IMG/VR virus record: IMGVR_UViG_3300037042_002251
Length of the DNA: 64,000 nucleotides
DNA from: an uncultured virus (IMG/VR IMGVR_UViG_3300037042_002251)
Lineage: Duplodnaviria; Heunggongvirae; Uroviricota; Caudoviricetes
Strand: one strand, 5' to 3'
Position 1 is the first letter of the stretch; the number at the start of each line of letters is the position of its first letter. The notes beneath the pieces are model-generated. The model saw only the letters and a list, made by a program, of their open reading frames with translations, was not told the origin of the DNA and did not search any database. Shown here one piece after another: positions 63,142-64,000 of this stretch. A program made the position numbers and the translations under genes.

Positions 63142-64000
63142 ATGAGCGTAGACCCTCGACACCTCGGCGCGAACTGCGATGCCTGCCCACTCAAGGACTG
63201 CGGTCCGCCTGTCATGCCGGAGGACAACCCGGGGGCTCGGTTCGCCGTCGTGTCGGACTGTGCCTCGGACCATGAGCAACGCGAGGGGAGGCCCGTCGTG
63301 GGCCCCGCAGGGAGCCTGTTCACGCAGATGATGTCCTCTGCGGGCGCGAAGCGTAAGGACGTGCATTGGAACATGGTCGCTCTGTGCCGCCCGCCCGACA
63401 ACGACATGGGTCGTCTCGTGGAGCGCATCCGAAAGGCCAATCAGAAGGTCACGAAGGAGAACGCGGAGCGCAAGAAGGTGGGGCTCGATGCCCTGCCTCT
63501 TGAGTTGACCCCTGCGGAGTGCTGCGCGCCTCGTCTGTGGCGTGACCTCTCGAAGTTCGAGAACTTCATCGCGGTGGGCAGCATGGCGACCCGTGTGCTC
63601 GTCCACGCGACGGCCAGCGTAATGAGCATCCGAGGGGCCCCTACGGAGGTGGACAAGTTCGGGCGGACCATCAAGGTCATGCCCGTCCTGCATCCCTCGT
63701 TCGTCATTCGCGCCCAGCGGTGGCGGCACGTCCTTCAGAACGACATGAACCGTGCGGTGCGCTGGTTCCGTGGGGCGATGAAGTGGAAGCCCCCGGAGAT
63801 TCTGTACCACCCGGACGCCTACACCCTTCGCAAGTTCCTCGCGGACCCGAACGTGCCGTACTGGACGTACGACGTGGAGACCGACGGCATCGAGAGCCTC
63901 ACGGCAAACCTCCGCTGCATTGGCATCGGGACGCCCGAGAAGGTCGTCATCGTCGGCTACGCGCCCATCAAGGAGGGCGACCCGCCGTTCTACACGAACG
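63142..64000 (+). CDS. uracil-DNA glycosylase-like domain fused to a 3'-5' exonuclease; N-terminus of a probable family A DNA polymerase, 3' truncated
   Basis: Translated manually (absent from the ORF track): CDACPL, GRPVVGPAG, ALCRPP, VLHPS, then Exo I motif YDVETDG. Confidence 0.82.
   Translation, partial: MSVDPRHLGANCDACPLKDCGPPVMPEDNPGARFAVVSDCASDHEQREGRPVVGPAGSLFTQMMSSAGAKRKDVHWNMVALCRPPDNDMGRLVERIRKANQKVTKENAERKKVGLDALPLELTPAECCAPRLWRDLSKFENFIAVGSMATRVLVHATASVMSIRGAPTEVDKFGRTIKVMPVLHPSFVIRAQRWRHVLQNDMNRAVRWFRGAMKWKPPEILYHPDAYTLRKFLADPNVPYWTYDVETDGIESLTANLRCIGIGTPEKVVIVGYAPIKEGDPPFYTN

Overview
The whole window reads as part of one GC-rich (roughly two-thirds G+C by eye) bacterial virus genome with three zones. 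(1) 1-17.1 kb: about 40 small + strand early genes, including a RecD/Dda-like helicase and a DUF6011-like protein. They fall into blocks, each led by a copy of one promoter cassette: 4-6 phased 11-bp repeats whose last unit starts exactly 33 bp before TTGTCA-N16-TAnnnn. This zone also holds a well-formed type II hammerhead ribozyme (9510-9583) and a candidate sRNA (about 17103-17180). (2) 17.7-53.7 kb: a virion and lysis module with no recognisable HK97 capsid, terminase, portal or tail genes. It has a probable single-jelly-roll major capsid protein (34790-35503), about 14 C-terminally membrane-anchored proteins (SGNH hydrolase, lytic transglycosylase, lysozyme-like, PG-binding, degenerate Nudix), a transglutaminase-like Cys protease, and five basic proteins punctuated by 24 Asn-Pro motifs that look like polyprotein junctions. 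It also has a TAGCAC-N40-43-TAnnnT late promoter class with anti-Shine-Dalgarno locks, an SNF2 helicase, a lysis cassette and a myxobacterial-type surface protein. (3) 53.8-64 kb: small accessory genes, a sirtuin, an XRE regulator and the start of a UDG-fused DNA polymerase. Best interpretation (inference): an unusually large tailless, internal-membrane virus, probably of a Myxococcota host, with motif-directed proteolytic maturation. All family assignments come from motif recognition by eye, not database searches.
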